A DNA stretch of 64,000 nt. It comes from Chiloscyllium plagiosum. Its lineage: Eukaryota. Below the pieces are notes generated by a model. It saw nothing but the letters and a program-made list of their open reading frames with translations, searched no databases and was not told the origin of the DNA. This document shows, piece after piece, positions 12,340 through 25,090 of the stretch; positions within the stretch are counted from its first letter, which is position 1; the number at the start of each line of letters is the position of its first letter. The translations under genes and the position numbers were made by a program. The DNA lies in the NCBI RefSeq assembly GCF_004010195.1, contig NC_057717.1, positions 34,749,298-34,813,297 on the forward strand, in the 5' to 3' direction.

Positions 12340-12900
12340 GTTAATCCCACTGAAACTTTCCAATTCATTTATCGATCCAAATATCCTGTAACTATTGTAA
12401 ATGTACTTTCATTCATCACTGCCTCAGGAAGTGAATTGCACACATAAACCATCCTCTGTTAAAAAAATCCTCTCATGTCTTATTTTAAATCCCTCTTTTC
12501 ACTTTAAACATTTGCCCTCTCGTCTTGAAATGCCCCTCCTTGGAGAAAAGGCAGTTAAAGTTAACTCTAGCCGAACTCTCAATAATTTATAAATTTCTAT
12601 CAGGTCGCCTTTCAAACTCCAGTGCTCGAGTGAAAATATTCTCAGCCTATCCAGCCTTTCGTTACAACACAAACCTTCCCCACTAGCCATACGCTGGTAT
12701 CCCTGTTCTAAACCTACTCCAGCTGAATAACTTCCTTGCTATTACTGGGCGACAAGAACTGGACACAGTATTCCAGAAGACGCATCACCCAATTTCCTAT
12801 TCAACTTCAACATAATGTACCAACTCCTACGCTCAAAGGACTGAGCAACGAAGGCAAGATGACATTTTTTTAAACAATTCTGTCTATATATGAAGCAAAC
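12340..12900 (-). mobile_element. Degenerate CR1 LINE 3' fragment
   Basis: ERLDRLRIFSLEHWSLKGDLIEIYK on the minus strand. Confidence 0.75.
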
Positions 12901-13731
12901 TAAAATGAATTATGTATTTGCATTCCTGGCCTCCGTGTTCCGCAACACGATACAACGCCCGATCATTAATTGTATAAGCCCTACTCTTACTGATGTAGCA
13001 AAATGCAATACTGTGTTATTTTTCCCCACACCTTTTGCCTTTTTCTGCTCTTCTGTGATGTCAAGAAACAAAATGGATACAATGTCGTTCTGTAGCCTTT
13101 CTGTCGTTTCCTCAGTTTCAGTTCCAACATGCCTTCGGTTTCGGGGGCACACGTTAATATTAGTGGCTCTATGATAGGACAAGTCCAGAGCTTCATCTGA
13201 GACTGCAAATTCATCCATTGCTGTTGCGGATAGAGTGAGCCACTGACATGAGAACTACTCCAAAACACGATTCAGGTTTTCGGAAGCTGATTTTCGCACG
13301 TTGAAAAATGGCAGACAGCTTCCAAATGAGGCCCCTTCAGAGACTGCTTTGGCGTACAATTGATAGAGAGGCGACGTTAGGAATCTGTGGTGCACTGTGA
13401 CGCCAGCACATCAGGTTTCTCCTTGGCTTTGAAACGGGCCGCCGGTGCCAGGGAAGCAAATGCGCTATTGCTTTTAGCGGAAGGATCAGAGGACGGTAAC
13501 TACACTCTTCAACAGAATGGTCATCAGTGATGTGTACATCGGTGCATATTCAGGACCAGGGAGGAGAAAAGACTTAACAACGTTTCACACTGTAATTAAG
13601 TGGAATTGTAGTCCTTTTCATCTCTGCAACAGATAACGGTGTCTAAATTCACAAACAGCTTTACTCGTGAAAGCAGCAAGCAAGAAAGCACAGCCTCCGC
13701 CAACACGTGAAAGTACCATACAGAACCACGC

Positions 13732-13804
13732 TGTTTCGGCCCAGTTTCAAACCGGGGACCTTTCGCGTGTTAGACGAATGTGAAAACCACTGCACTGCAT
13801 AAAC
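13732..13804 (-). pseudogene. tRNA-Val(AAC), best preserved of the cluster but probably a pseudogene
   Basis: Reverse complement GTTTATGCAGTGCAGTGGTTTTCACATTCGTCTAACACGCGAAAGGTCCCCGGTTTGAAACTGGGCCGAAACA; invariant U8 and C56 mutated, acceptor-stem mismatches. Confidence 0.85.
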
Positions 13805-13913
13805 CCGCCACGCTGCCAGCTCTTTCTGCTGCTCGGACTCGTTCAGCATTGGAATTTGCAGCCGTTTTATGCTTCACCATTCTGTTCAGGACAGCTGGTT
13901 GTTGACCAATTTA

Positions 13914-13957
13914 ATTGGCATCTAAACCCTGCGGCTTAGACCGATCGACCATAGCCC
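13914..13957 (-). pseudogene. Partial tRNA-Leu(TAG) pseudogene
   Basis: Reverse complement ATGGTCGATCGGTCTAAGCCGCAGGGTTTAGATGCCA vs GTGGCCGAGCGGTCTAAGGCGCTGGATTTAGGCTCCA. Confidence 0.6.
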
Positions 13958-15532
13958 AGACGCAGCAGTCATGCATTTTCATACATTTTGAATGATGCTG
14001 TTCGAAAGCAACCAAAGCAAAGTCACAAGGAAATGGTTCCAGAATCCCTGCCTTCTCGCATTGCTGCTGGGATACACCGAGCTACAATATCAATTTTACA
14101 ACAGATCATGATAGCCCTACAATCCAAACAAAAATCAATGGAAAGCTGATTCTACCTTCTGAGACTCGTCTGAGTGACAAATGTAATGTTTCTGTGAGAA
14201 AGTACATTCGGTTACGATTCGACAAAGAAACCATGAGCTGTACGACAGTACTGGAATTTAGATTCTTCTTTTGGTAAATGATTTCGCCCATTGCTCGAAA
14301 CAGAACAACTTTCGCGATTACACGTAACATGAAAAAACATCGGACTACAGGAAAAATGCACAAAGCTGAGCAGGCCGTGTGCCGGATCATACTGTGCAGT
14401 GTGGTTACACTTACCGCGACTGTTTTGCAGAGAAAGAGTCCCAAAGAATGTTCTCCACCTGAAAAGCTGAGTTACCATTAGAATCTGAGAAGGACAGATC
14501 ACATTGCGAGTCAGTCCGAACCCCCGAGCTGGGACGAGTTGCCAGTTTCCTTCTCTTGCACCTTAACCGTGCAATTTGCTGCAGAGCTGTCCACACCTGG
14601 ACATGAGCCACATGGCTGCCAGCTGAGTTGGAAACCTGTGTGGAAATCGATGAGTAGCGACTCAGTAAAGTTCACTAATTTCCATGGTGCTTATTAGAGA
14701 AGCACAAAACACAGTTTCTGAACATCATGACAGAAGTCAAAAGGCAGTCCCCCCACCCCCACCCTGACGAGATGTCAAGGAGGTGCTAACTGTGCGCGAC
14801 TGCTCTTTGTTCTCTATGTGAAAAGCTCTCCCGACTGTGTCACCTTCACGTCTCTCGCTGCTGACTGAGTCAGCAAGAAGGAGTTTCAGCAGAGCTCAGC
14901 AGTGCCTCGCTGGCACACAATTGTGGGATGGAGGCAAATGCTCATTTAAATAACTTCATTTTTCTATTATGACCAATTGCAGGCATATTAAGTGTGAAAA
15001 TCCAAACTGCGATGGAAATGAAACCTATAGTCTGTCATGAACAACTGGAGAAATTAAAGTGTCAATTTGATCCAAAGTATAATTTAATTACTGATTAATA
15101 CTGTATTTGGAGTAAAGGTTATTGCTGGAGAACAAGCAATTCCTGTGATGTTATGTAGGCATTTCCTTCAGCATACATGCGGGAATAATGCCAAATATGC
15201 TATTCCAGGCCATAGTTAGCACATTACAGAATCTGCTGGGCTCTTCCTCCCAAGTGTGTGTTTTTCCTAGAAGTTAGATGGTGTTTTTTTTAAAACAAGA
15301 CTTTTTCCGTAATACTGTTGTGAATTGTGGTAGAGCCCTGCTCTCTGGACTGAGAGCTGGAGCCGTGCTGCTGTGACTGATGGCACCACTAATGTTGGCA
15401 GGCTGCTGATGTGGCCTGATCAAGAAGCTGTTGCTGGGTCACTATTCCAAAAAAGAAATGGTCCAACCTAAAGAGGTAATGGTGTAATTGGAACGATAAC
15501 AGAGTGGCAAACCTTTCTGTGCCACCATTACA

Positions 15533-17361
15533 GAATGACTAGGTAGGAATAGGTCCAGTCAAGGATAGTAGTGGGAAGTTGCGTGTGGAGGCTGAAGAGA
15601 TTGGGGAGACACTGAATGAATACTTTTCGTCAGTATTCAATCAGGAACAGGACATTGTTGTCAATGTGAGTACTGAGTCACAATTAAGTAGAATGGATGG
15701 CTTTGAGGTATGTAGAGAAGAGGTGTTGGAAATTCTGGAAAGGGTGAAAATAGATAAGTCCCCTGGGCCTGATGGCATTTATCCTAGGATTCTCTGGGAA
15801 GCAAGGGAGGAGATTGCAGAGCCATTGGCCTTGATTTTATGTCCTCGTTGTCTACAGGAGTAGTGCCAGAAGATTGGAGGCTAGCAAATGTGGGGGGTTC
15901 CCTTGTTCAAGAAGGGGAGTAGGGATAACTCTAGAAACTATAGACCGGTGAGTCTCACTTCTGTTGTGGGCAAAATCTTAGAGAGAATTGTAAGGGATAG
16001 GATTTATGAACATCTGGATAGGAATAATGTGATCAAGGATAGTCAGCATGGTTTTGTGAAGGGCAGGTCGTGCCTCACAAACCTTATTGAATTCTTTGAG
16101 AAGGTGACTAAGGAGGTTGATGAGGGGAAAGCGGTAGATGTGGTATATATGGATTTTAGTAAGGCGTTTGATAAGGTTCCCCATGGTAGACAACTGCAGA
16201 AAATACGGAGGTATGGCACTGAGGGTGAGTTGGAGGTTTGGATTAGGAATTGGCTGGATGGAAGAAGACAGATTCATTAATTCTTTTTTTTGAGATCCAC
16301 CAGGCTTCCTGCAAAGCTGGTGAAGACCAAAGGATAGGAGTTGGAGGGCCTCCTATCATCCAGAAACCTGGAAATAATGATAGCAAGTGGAAGTATTCCA
16401 CTAGCGGCACACTGGCTCAGTGGTTAGCATTGCTGCCTCACTGCACCAGGGACCCTGGTTTGATTCCACTGACTGTTTTGAGTCTGCACATTTTCTCTGC
16501 GTCTGTGTGGGTTTCCTTTGGGTGTTCTAGTCCAAAGATGTGCAGGTTAGGTGGATTGGCCATCCTCAATTGTCCAGATTCTCCAGGGATGTGTAGGTTA
16601 GCTGGTTAACCATTTTGTAAGAGTAATAAAAAGATGGGGTACTGGGCTAACGGTCGTATCCTTGGTAGTGTGGATGAGCAGAGGGATCTTGGTGTCCATG
16701 TACATAGATCTCTGAAAGTTGCCACCCAGGTAAATAGTGCGGTGAAGAAGGCATATGGCATGCTGGCTTTTATTGGTAGAGGAATTGAGTTCCGTAGTCC
16801 TGAGGTCATGTTGCAGTTGTATAGTACTCTGGTGCGGCCGCATCTGGAGTATTGTGTGCAGTTTTGGTCGCCATACTATAGGAAGGATGTGGAGCCACTG
16901 GAACGGGTGCAGAGGAGGTTTACCAGGATGTTGCCTGGTATGGTAGAAAGATCGTATGAGTAAAGGCTGAGGCACTTGGGGTTGTTTTAATTGGAGAACA
17001 GAAGGTTTAGGGTTGACTTGATAGAGGTGTACAAGATGATTAGGGGTTTAGATAGGGTCGACAGTGAGAATCTTTTTCCACATATGGAGTCAGCTATTAC
17101 AAGGGGCATAGTTTAAATTAAGGGGGGGAGGTAGGTATAGGACAGATGTTAGGGGTAGGTTCTTTACTCAGTGAGTCGTGAGTTCATGGAATGCCCTGCC
17201 AGTAGCAGTGGTGGACTCTCCCTCATTATGGGCATTTAAGCGGGCATTGGATAGGCATATGGAGGATAGTGGGCTAGTGTAGGTTAGGTGGGCTTGGATT
17301 GGCGCAACATCGAGGGCCGAAGGGCCTGTACTGCGCTGTATTCTTCTATGTTCTATGTTCT
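15533..17361 (+). mobile_element. 5'-truncated CR1 LINE; central RT replaced by a non-LINE segment containing a SINE (~16273-16610)
   Basis: KSPGPDGIYPRIL, NYRPVSLTSVVGK, QHGFVKGRSCLTNL, LVRPHLEYCVQFWSP; (ttctatg)n tail. Confidence 0.92.
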
Positions 17362-17679
17362 ATTACTGTTTGCAATTGCTGAGCCAATATCCATTGATGA
17401 GGAAAATTCAATCCTGTATGTCGATCCAGTATGCAAAGTTCTTTACTGGAGAAATTGGACAGTTAGTTGCCATTCTATAATTGCCCTAAACTCTTTATCT
17501 GAGACTTTTTTTGACTATGCAACATGTGTAAAGTATTGAAGACATGGTTTTGTCCTTCATTTCCATGTTCCAGCTTGACTGTCAGTGGCTTGAAATCCTG
17601 ACACTCCTATTCAAGTTTCTAAAAATGTTTTTATTCTGAACGTAAATGTTTGCTTAAATTGGCTTAATACCATTTGATG

Positions 17680-19240
17680 AACGTGAGGACTGCAGATGCT
17701 GGAGACCAGAGTTGAAAAATGTGATGCTGGAAAAACACAGCAGGCCAGGCAGCATCCGAGAAGCAGCAGAATCGACGTTTCGGGCATAAGCCCTTCTTCA
17801 GGAATGAGGCTGGTGTGCCAGGCGGGCTGAAATAAAAGGTAGGGGAAGCGATTGGGGGAGGGGCGCTGGGAATACGATAGGTGGAAGGAGGTGACGGTGA
17901 GGGTGATAGGCCAGAGAGGGGGTGGGGCAGAGAGGTAGGAAAGAAGATTGCAGGTCCAGAGGGCGATGCTGCATCCGGGGGTTGGAACTGAGATAATGTG
18001 GGGGGAGAGGAAATGTGGAAGCTGGAGAAATTTACATTCATCCCGTGTGGGTGGAGGTTTCCTAGGCGGAATATGAGGCGCTCTTCCTCCAGGCGTCATG
18101 TGGTCAGGGTCTGGCAATGGAGGAGGTCAAGAAACTGCATGTCCTTGGCGGAGTGTGAGGGGGAGTTAAAGTTTGGGTTAGTTGGTGCGGGTGTCCCAGA
18201 TATGTTCCCTGAAACGTTCCGCAAGTAGGCGGCCTGTCCCCCCAATGTAGTGGAGACCACATCGTGTGCAACGGATACAGTAAATGATGTGTGTTGAGTG
18301 CAGGTGAATTTGCGACGGATATGGAAGGATCCATTGGGGCCTTGGAGGGAGGTGACGGGGGAGATTTGGGCGCAAGTTTTGGACTTCTTGCGGTTGCAGA
18401 GGAAGGTTCTGGGAGTGGAGGGAGGGTTGGTGGGGGGTGTGGACCTGACGAGGGAGTCGCGGAGGAAGTGGCCTCTCCGGAATGCTGATAGGGGTCGGGA
18501 GGGAAGTATTTCCCTGATGGTGGGGTCTGTATGGAGGTGGCGGAAATGACGGAGGATGACACGATGTATCCGGAAGTTGGTGGGGTGGAAGGTGAGGACC
18601 AGTGGGGTTCTATTGTGGTGGCGACTGGAGGGGCAGGGTTCAAGGCCGGAGGTGCGGGAAGTGGAGGAGATGCGGTGGAGAGCATTGTCGACCACTTTGG
18701 AGGGGAAATTGCTGTCTTCGAAGAATGAGGCCATTTTTGTTCGGTAGTGGAATTGATCCTCCTGGGAGAAGATGCAGCGGAGGCGAAGGAATTGGGAATA
18801 TGGGATGGCGTTTTTACAGGGGGCAGGATGGGAAGATGTGTAATCTAGGTAGCTGTGGGAATCGATCTGCTGATAGTCAATTTTTGTGTTCAGTCGGTCG
18901 CCCGAGATAGAAATGGAGAGGTCGAGGAAGGGGGGGGAGGAGTCTGAGACAGTCCAGGTAAATGTGAGGTCAGGGTGAAGAGCGCCTCATCTTCCACCTC
19001 GGAACCCTCCAACCACACGGGATGAATGTAGATTTCTCCAGCTTCCTCATTTCCCCTCCCCCTCTCTGGCCTATCACACTCACCCTCACCTCCTTCCACC
19101 TATCGTATTCCCAGCGCCCCTCCCCCAAATCCCCTCTCCCCTACGTTTTCTCTCAGCCCGCCTGGCACACCAGCCTCATCCCTGAAGAAGGGCTTATGCC
19201 CAAAACATCGATTCTCCTGCTCCTCGGATGCTGCCTGGCA
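17680..19240 (-). mobile_element. Penelope-like element: RT C-terminus + GIY-YIG, with a terminal repeat and an inverted partial copy
   Basis: Minus strand CKNAIPYSQFLRL..., IIYCIRCTRCGLHYIGGTGRLLAERFREH; ~18985-19240 is the inverse of ~17745-18090. Confidence 0.9.
17770..17805 (-). ncRNA. Minimal hammerhead ribozyme motif in the PLE 3' terminal repeat
   Basis: AUUC-CUGAAGA-A-GGGC-UUAU-GCCC-GAA-ACGU-C-GAUU on the same strand as the PLE ORF. Confidence 0.75.
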
Positions 19241-22200
19241 ATTAAGAGCACTTGATAATCATTTGCAGCTCTGAAAACGTCAACTCCTGAAAGTGCAAGG
19301 GAGCTGGTGATTCAGGTTCTCCAGAAACTGAGGAGGTCACTGAAAAATAAGCTGAACACAATGTGTGACTGTCCACTAAATGCGAGCAGGTCTGGCTGCA
19401 TCTGTGGAGAGAAAGTAGAGTTAATGTTTTTAGTTGAATGACTCATGTTCAGAACTTCAGATCTCTCTGAAGAAGGGTCACGACTCGATGTGAACTCTGC
19501 TTCTCTCTGCAGATACTGCAAAACATGTTGAGTTTCTTCAGCAACCTCTGTAATTCTTTCAGATTGTCAACTTCCACAGTTTGTTCTTTTACACTAAACA
19601 AATTATTGACTGGCAAATAACCTTTGCTCAATCGTTCGTGTTGTAAAAAGACATTTTAGGTGGAAGCTTGCAGTTAATGCGGCAGACCTGATGCTGGGAC
19701 TGAAACCTGGAGGCTTTGGCCTATGACAATGATAGTATGTTGCCAGCAGTGACCAGTGAAGAGATTCAGTTGATGGTGCGGCTTAGTTTCAAGAGCTGCT
19801 AGTCCAGTAAGAGGGAGGACAGATCATCACATTAGTGAGCCTATTAATCATATTGATCATCGCTGAGACTGCAAAGGTGGGTGCAATCAGAGAAATGACG
19901 GAGGCAGACCTGAGCGCTCATGGGGAGTCAAGATGTCAAAGAGAACCGGTCTTTGTCAGCATGGTTTAGCAATGGGAAGGTGCCAGACACCCTCCCTGTC
20001 ATTTTACCAATTCTCCCACTTCCCAGTCATTTGCCAGTGAATAATTTGCCATGCATTAATTCAATATTTCTTGCCCATCAATGTTCAGGTCATCAGTTGT
20101 TCACTTCTCAGCAATGAGGGTAGACATGTTTAACTCTTTGCTTGCCAATGCTATTGCATGGCTCACCTCCCCTAACTCCATTCCTGAAAAAAGAACAGTC
20201 CATGGTGTCCTGCAAACCTGTGTGAAAGTTGAAAAATATCAACATATACTGCAGTTATATAATTAGAAAATGACTTTTTAAACAAAATGTAATATTAAAG
20301 GAATTTCGGGAGAGCAAGCAGTTTCTGTAAGACTTCAGGAGGAACTTCGTCTTGAAAACATCTCCCAGTGCAAAAACAAACACCACCATTCCAGATCACA
20401 GCTTCTCCCAATATGTGCATTTTTCCTGGTGATTTAGAGTGATTCCTCTTTTTAAAAAAATGCTGTATCAACTCAATAGCGCCTTTTGATCTTCATATTT
20501 TCAATTGCTTTCAAGTCATTTATAGGTGTAAGTACTTTGTTTAATTTGTGCTTCATGAGGACTTGTGGCTGGGGACGTTTCGATTGTCAGGAGCATGGGA
20601 ATCAAAGTTTGCCAGACGTGAGTACAACCATGAAGAAGCAAGTTTGATTTTATCTGACTTTGATGAGTTTTAATTACATTTCGTTTGCAATATAGCTGTG
20701 TGAAAAGGGAATGTTGGAGAATCATTGATTCCTTCAAAATGTTTCGTGCAATGTAATGAAATCCAGTCCAGACAACAGCAGCCACATTAAGTAGGCTGCT
20801 GGACTGCCTCCCTAAGAGTTTAATATTAGAGACAGAGTTGTCTTAAACAATAGTACCAACATTGAAGCATCCAAAACGCTGAGATGGGAAATTGCTTGCT
20901 GATCAATATTGAGGTTCTATTTCTGGACAATGCAGCAATAGCGAAAAAACTGAAGAAATGGGTTCCTCTCCTTCACCCCACTGCATCGCTTCTCTTTGTT
21001 TCTCTTTCCACTTGTCCTCACCACCTCCCCCACCCCAAACTTCCTCCAAATTCGTTGCCATGGTCTCCAACGTTTGGTGAAATTTGAAGAAGTATGGCTA
21101 CAATTAAGAGTGTGACCTGCTCCTGGTCTCCTTGCCTTGGAATTTCTCCATTGAATATTTTGCATTTTTTATAATCTAAGCTGGCCAGATGTCATGTGTA
21201 TCCATGGAGTCAGGCATTTTCCCAGTTAATGGCTATTTGTTTGAATCAAGCTTTCATGGTGAATATAATAGAGGCAACATCACATTCACACCGTTTCACT
21301 GATGTAATCAATTAATAGAAGCCTCAATACTGAGGTCATTATACTTCTCTGGGTTAGACCTCTAATTACCCCTGATTTATTATGGCCAGATCTTTCACTA
21401 AACGTAGAACTATTAAAGTGGCAGAAAAGTAAAAGGAATAAAATTCTCTTTTCAGCAGAACAGCCAATAATGACTAATATGACATGCACATTTAGTGAAT
21501 TTGAGCAATGAGAAATTAATATATTATGTTCTGAATCAAACATTGAGTTACAAGTTGTGCTCTTCAGGGTTAAATTAGTCATAGTTTATGAAGAACTTGA
21601 GCTTCTTTTTCCAAGATAAGGAAGTTAAACTTAAATCCTTGCATTTGGGATGTTTTCCCTCCGTCTCAGTACAGAAATTTATCGTTTGACCTCTTTACTC
21701 CCCAGCCACAAGCTCCTGCCCTCACAGCCAAAAATCTGGATATTGATAAGAAGTACCGAATATTAACTTTGTGATCATGCACATATTTAAAATGTTGTAA
21801 CTGGTACTTTATGACCAGTTGCAGCTGTGAAAATGTCGATAGCTCACCCTGTGAAGTAGGTGGAAACCTAAGTTTGTCAGAAACTAAAGGAAACTAAGTG
21901 GCAAGTAAGTTTGGTCTGATATCAGATTAAACTTGCTGTGTATTTGGGATCCAATAATATGAAAGGGAACTGCTGGCAGTTCTTGTAAGATTATGTCAGG
22001 ATTGCCTCAGGGAGGCATCAACTCAGGCTACAACAATTTCAGAAAACAACTACTTGACTGGTTCTGAAATGTTTGGCTTATTTTGAGAGAGTAGACAATG
22101 TTGAATCAGCATCTAACATCCAAAGTTTTTCAATGGTCAGTTGAATGTTGCTTGTCTTTCAGGGTGAAGGTCTTGCAAAGCCCACAAACGGCTATAAACA

Positions 22201-22344
22201 AGGGTGACAGACTGAAGAAATGGTTTTCTCTTCTATTTATTCTGTACTGTCTCTTCAATGCCCCAACCCCAGGCATGCCTCATTGCCTCATCCTGTGGAA
22301 GTCAAAGGAACCCTATACCCACACGACGATCTTACACAGCCATT

Positions 22345-22434
22345 CCTGATGAAGGGCTCTTGCCTAAAACATTGCTTTTCCTGCTCTTCGGATGCTGCCT
22401 GACTTGCTGTGATTTTTCAGCACTACTCTAATCT
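22345..22434 (+). mobile_element. 90-bp hammerhead-headed PLE-derived insert with 13-bp diverged TSD
   Basis: Starts CCTGATGAAGGGC; flanks TTACACAGCCATT (22332-22344) and TTACGCAGTCATT (22435-22447). Confidence 0.7.
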
Positions 22435-22999
22435 TTACGCAGTCATTGACTAACTTAAGAAAACTAGTTGACCAGGCTTGAAATACTGAATCCCAAGTCT
22501 GTGATTTTTTTTTGTTAAATTGCTTTGGACTTAATTCTGGATACGTTAATAATGTTAAATGACTTAATTTGTGCTCTTTGATCAATTGCTATTCTGGAAA
22601 CATTGTGAGTGCAAACGGTGAGGAAAATGGGAATGCAGGTTCTCCAGGATCAAGTGAAGTGTTTGCAAAGTATCTTTAGTTCCATGCATGACTAAGTTAT
22701 CAATGGTAACAGCTCGGAGGCAATTATTTGATGTGTTTGTACCAGCTCTCAAATAGGAACTTGCCTACATTCACTGCCAAGTCTCTCTACTAAGTACTAC
22801 TGCAAAACGATTCCTTCAGAAAATTGTAGTTCCCTTTTGAAGACCTCAGTTGAAGCTATCTCCATCACTACTCTATTAAGCAGAGCATTCCAGTTCTGAA
22901 CTATGTTATTTTAAGCAAAAACCAATCAAACTGTTGTTTTACCTTTGCTGATCATCTTAAATAAGTGTCCATTTCTTCTCAAGTCTTTTTTAAATAGAT

Positions 23000-23277
23000 G
23001 CCCTACAGTGTGGAAGCAGGCTATTTGGCTCAACAAGTCCACACCAACCCTCCAAAGAGTACCCCTCCAGGTGCATTCCCCTACATTTACCCCTGATTAA
23101 TGCACCTAACCTACACATCCATGAACTGTGTGCAAGTTAACATGGACTGCACAGCCGGAGGAAAGCCATCAGACACGGGGAGAATTTGTAAACTCCACAC
23201 AGACGGCCACCTGAGACTGGTATCAATCCCAGGGCCCTGGCACTGTGAGGCAGTCCTGCTAACCACTGAGCCACCAA
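23000..23277 (-). mobile_element. Degenerate HE1/V-SINE
   Basis: Similar to the reverse complement of 27189-27500. Confidence 0.8.
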
Positions 23278-25090
23278 TCATTTGTTTATTCTTACCTGCT
23301 CTATCCAAATCCCTCATGATTTTGAACACATGTAAAATGTCTTCTTTGTCTTCTCTTCTCCATAAAGAGCAGCCCTTTCTTCTTCAAACTTTTCACATAT
23401 TTATCCAGTTGCTCATCTCAAGTACCATTTTAATGAATTTTTTGTGCATCCTCTCAAATCCCTTCCTGAAGCATACTGCATAAATAGTGGACATGAGGGA
23501 AAAGCTGGATGTTTTATAACCATTTATCATAACTTCCATATTTTGTATGTGAAGGTCCTAATTATAAAGTTCATAATCCTAATAATTTCTTCAACCTTCC
23601 CACCTTCATAATTTGTGTGCACACACAATATGTGTAAAATATATTAAATATCTGACTGGGATCATTTAAGGAAGCATTGATCATTGTATCATAAGATTTT
23701 AGCTTGGGTATAAAATGCTTAAGGAACAATCCAAAATAATTCTGAATTGGAGGAGGGCCGATTTCAATGCGGCAAGAGGACATTTGCAGCAAGTACATTG
23801 AGCATAGGTTTGGGCAAAACTGCAATGAAATAATAGTCTGTCCTCCAAGTGGAGATTGTTCAGCTACAGTCTAGGTTTCCACAAGCAGGAAATTGTGGCT
23901 AAAACAAAACTGTAATTCCCTGCACGATGTAACAAAGGATGAGGATTAGTTTTTATTATGTCAGTGAGAACCGAACTAAATATAGGCAGCTCAGAGGGGA
24001 AGTGAAGAAGTAAATGAAGCTGGCAACTAACATTAAACGGGAATCCAAAGTCATCGTTAGTCATGAACGGAGCTAAAGGTAGCTAAAGAATGAATGGAAA
24101 TGTTTTCTCTGTACCTTCTCTTATCAACCATTTCATAATTTTAGAAGCGTAAGCCTTCTTTTCAAGAGAGAACTGAATAGCATGACACTTCTTCCTTGAT
24201 ATACGCAGCCAGAAACTTGTGTATCATTCTTAGAAATCATCTTTTCTCTCTCTCGTGCTACCGTAGCCATTCTATAGCATGCCAACTGGAACTGCAGGCA
24301 TTACTCTTAATTATTGTTGACCAAATTTTTATAGGGATCTTACTTGCAAATGTAACCTTTTAGAGATAAAGCTTTGAGCTTTGTTTGCGTTTTTATGGCC
24401 TGCAGAACTTATGTTGAAATTGTTAGTGACTGATGTAATTGTCTCTTTACCACAAAGACGATCCCTTTGTTCGTCTCCCCCACTTAGATGTGCATCTTCG
24501 AATAAGTGGCCCGCACATTATCCCTCCCAAGATGTATCACCTTTCATTTCTCTGTGTGGAACTTCATTTGCTAATGATTCGACCCTCCTGTCAATTAATT
24601 AATGTTTTCTTGCAACTTCTTGCAGTCCTCAAAGTTGATTATCTTATTATATTTCTCTTCCAATTTGATGTCATTGAATTACTTTTTTTGTAATAATGAG
24701 AGACAATATTTATTTTGCATTTTTACTTTATTTTGAATTTTAGTTAAGCACTTAGGGAGGTGCAGTAATCCTCATGGTAACTATAACAATTAAATGTAGA
24801 ATGATGGATTGATGAAAATTATTACAAACACAGGAATAATGAATAGGCTCAATTAGCTGCAATGTCAAAGTAGGAAACTTTTTTTTACATGAATTATATG
24901 GTGAGGTTATCTATATTGCAATTACTTTTTGTCCATTTCCTTTCTGTTTCCTTTTATTTCCCCATGTCTTTCTGTGCTACTGGCATCAAATTAAAAAGGC
25001 ACCCATCCACGATTTTAAACCAACTGCAATGAAAATAAAACAACATTTGTATAAAACGCAGCATGATCTATGAAGCACCCCTCTTGGTTA

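Noticed and set aside
20559-20623. Possible small exon ending at GTGAGT (TCGWGRFDCQEHGNQSLPD)
   Set aside because: Weak acceptor, no recognisable homology and no partner exons.
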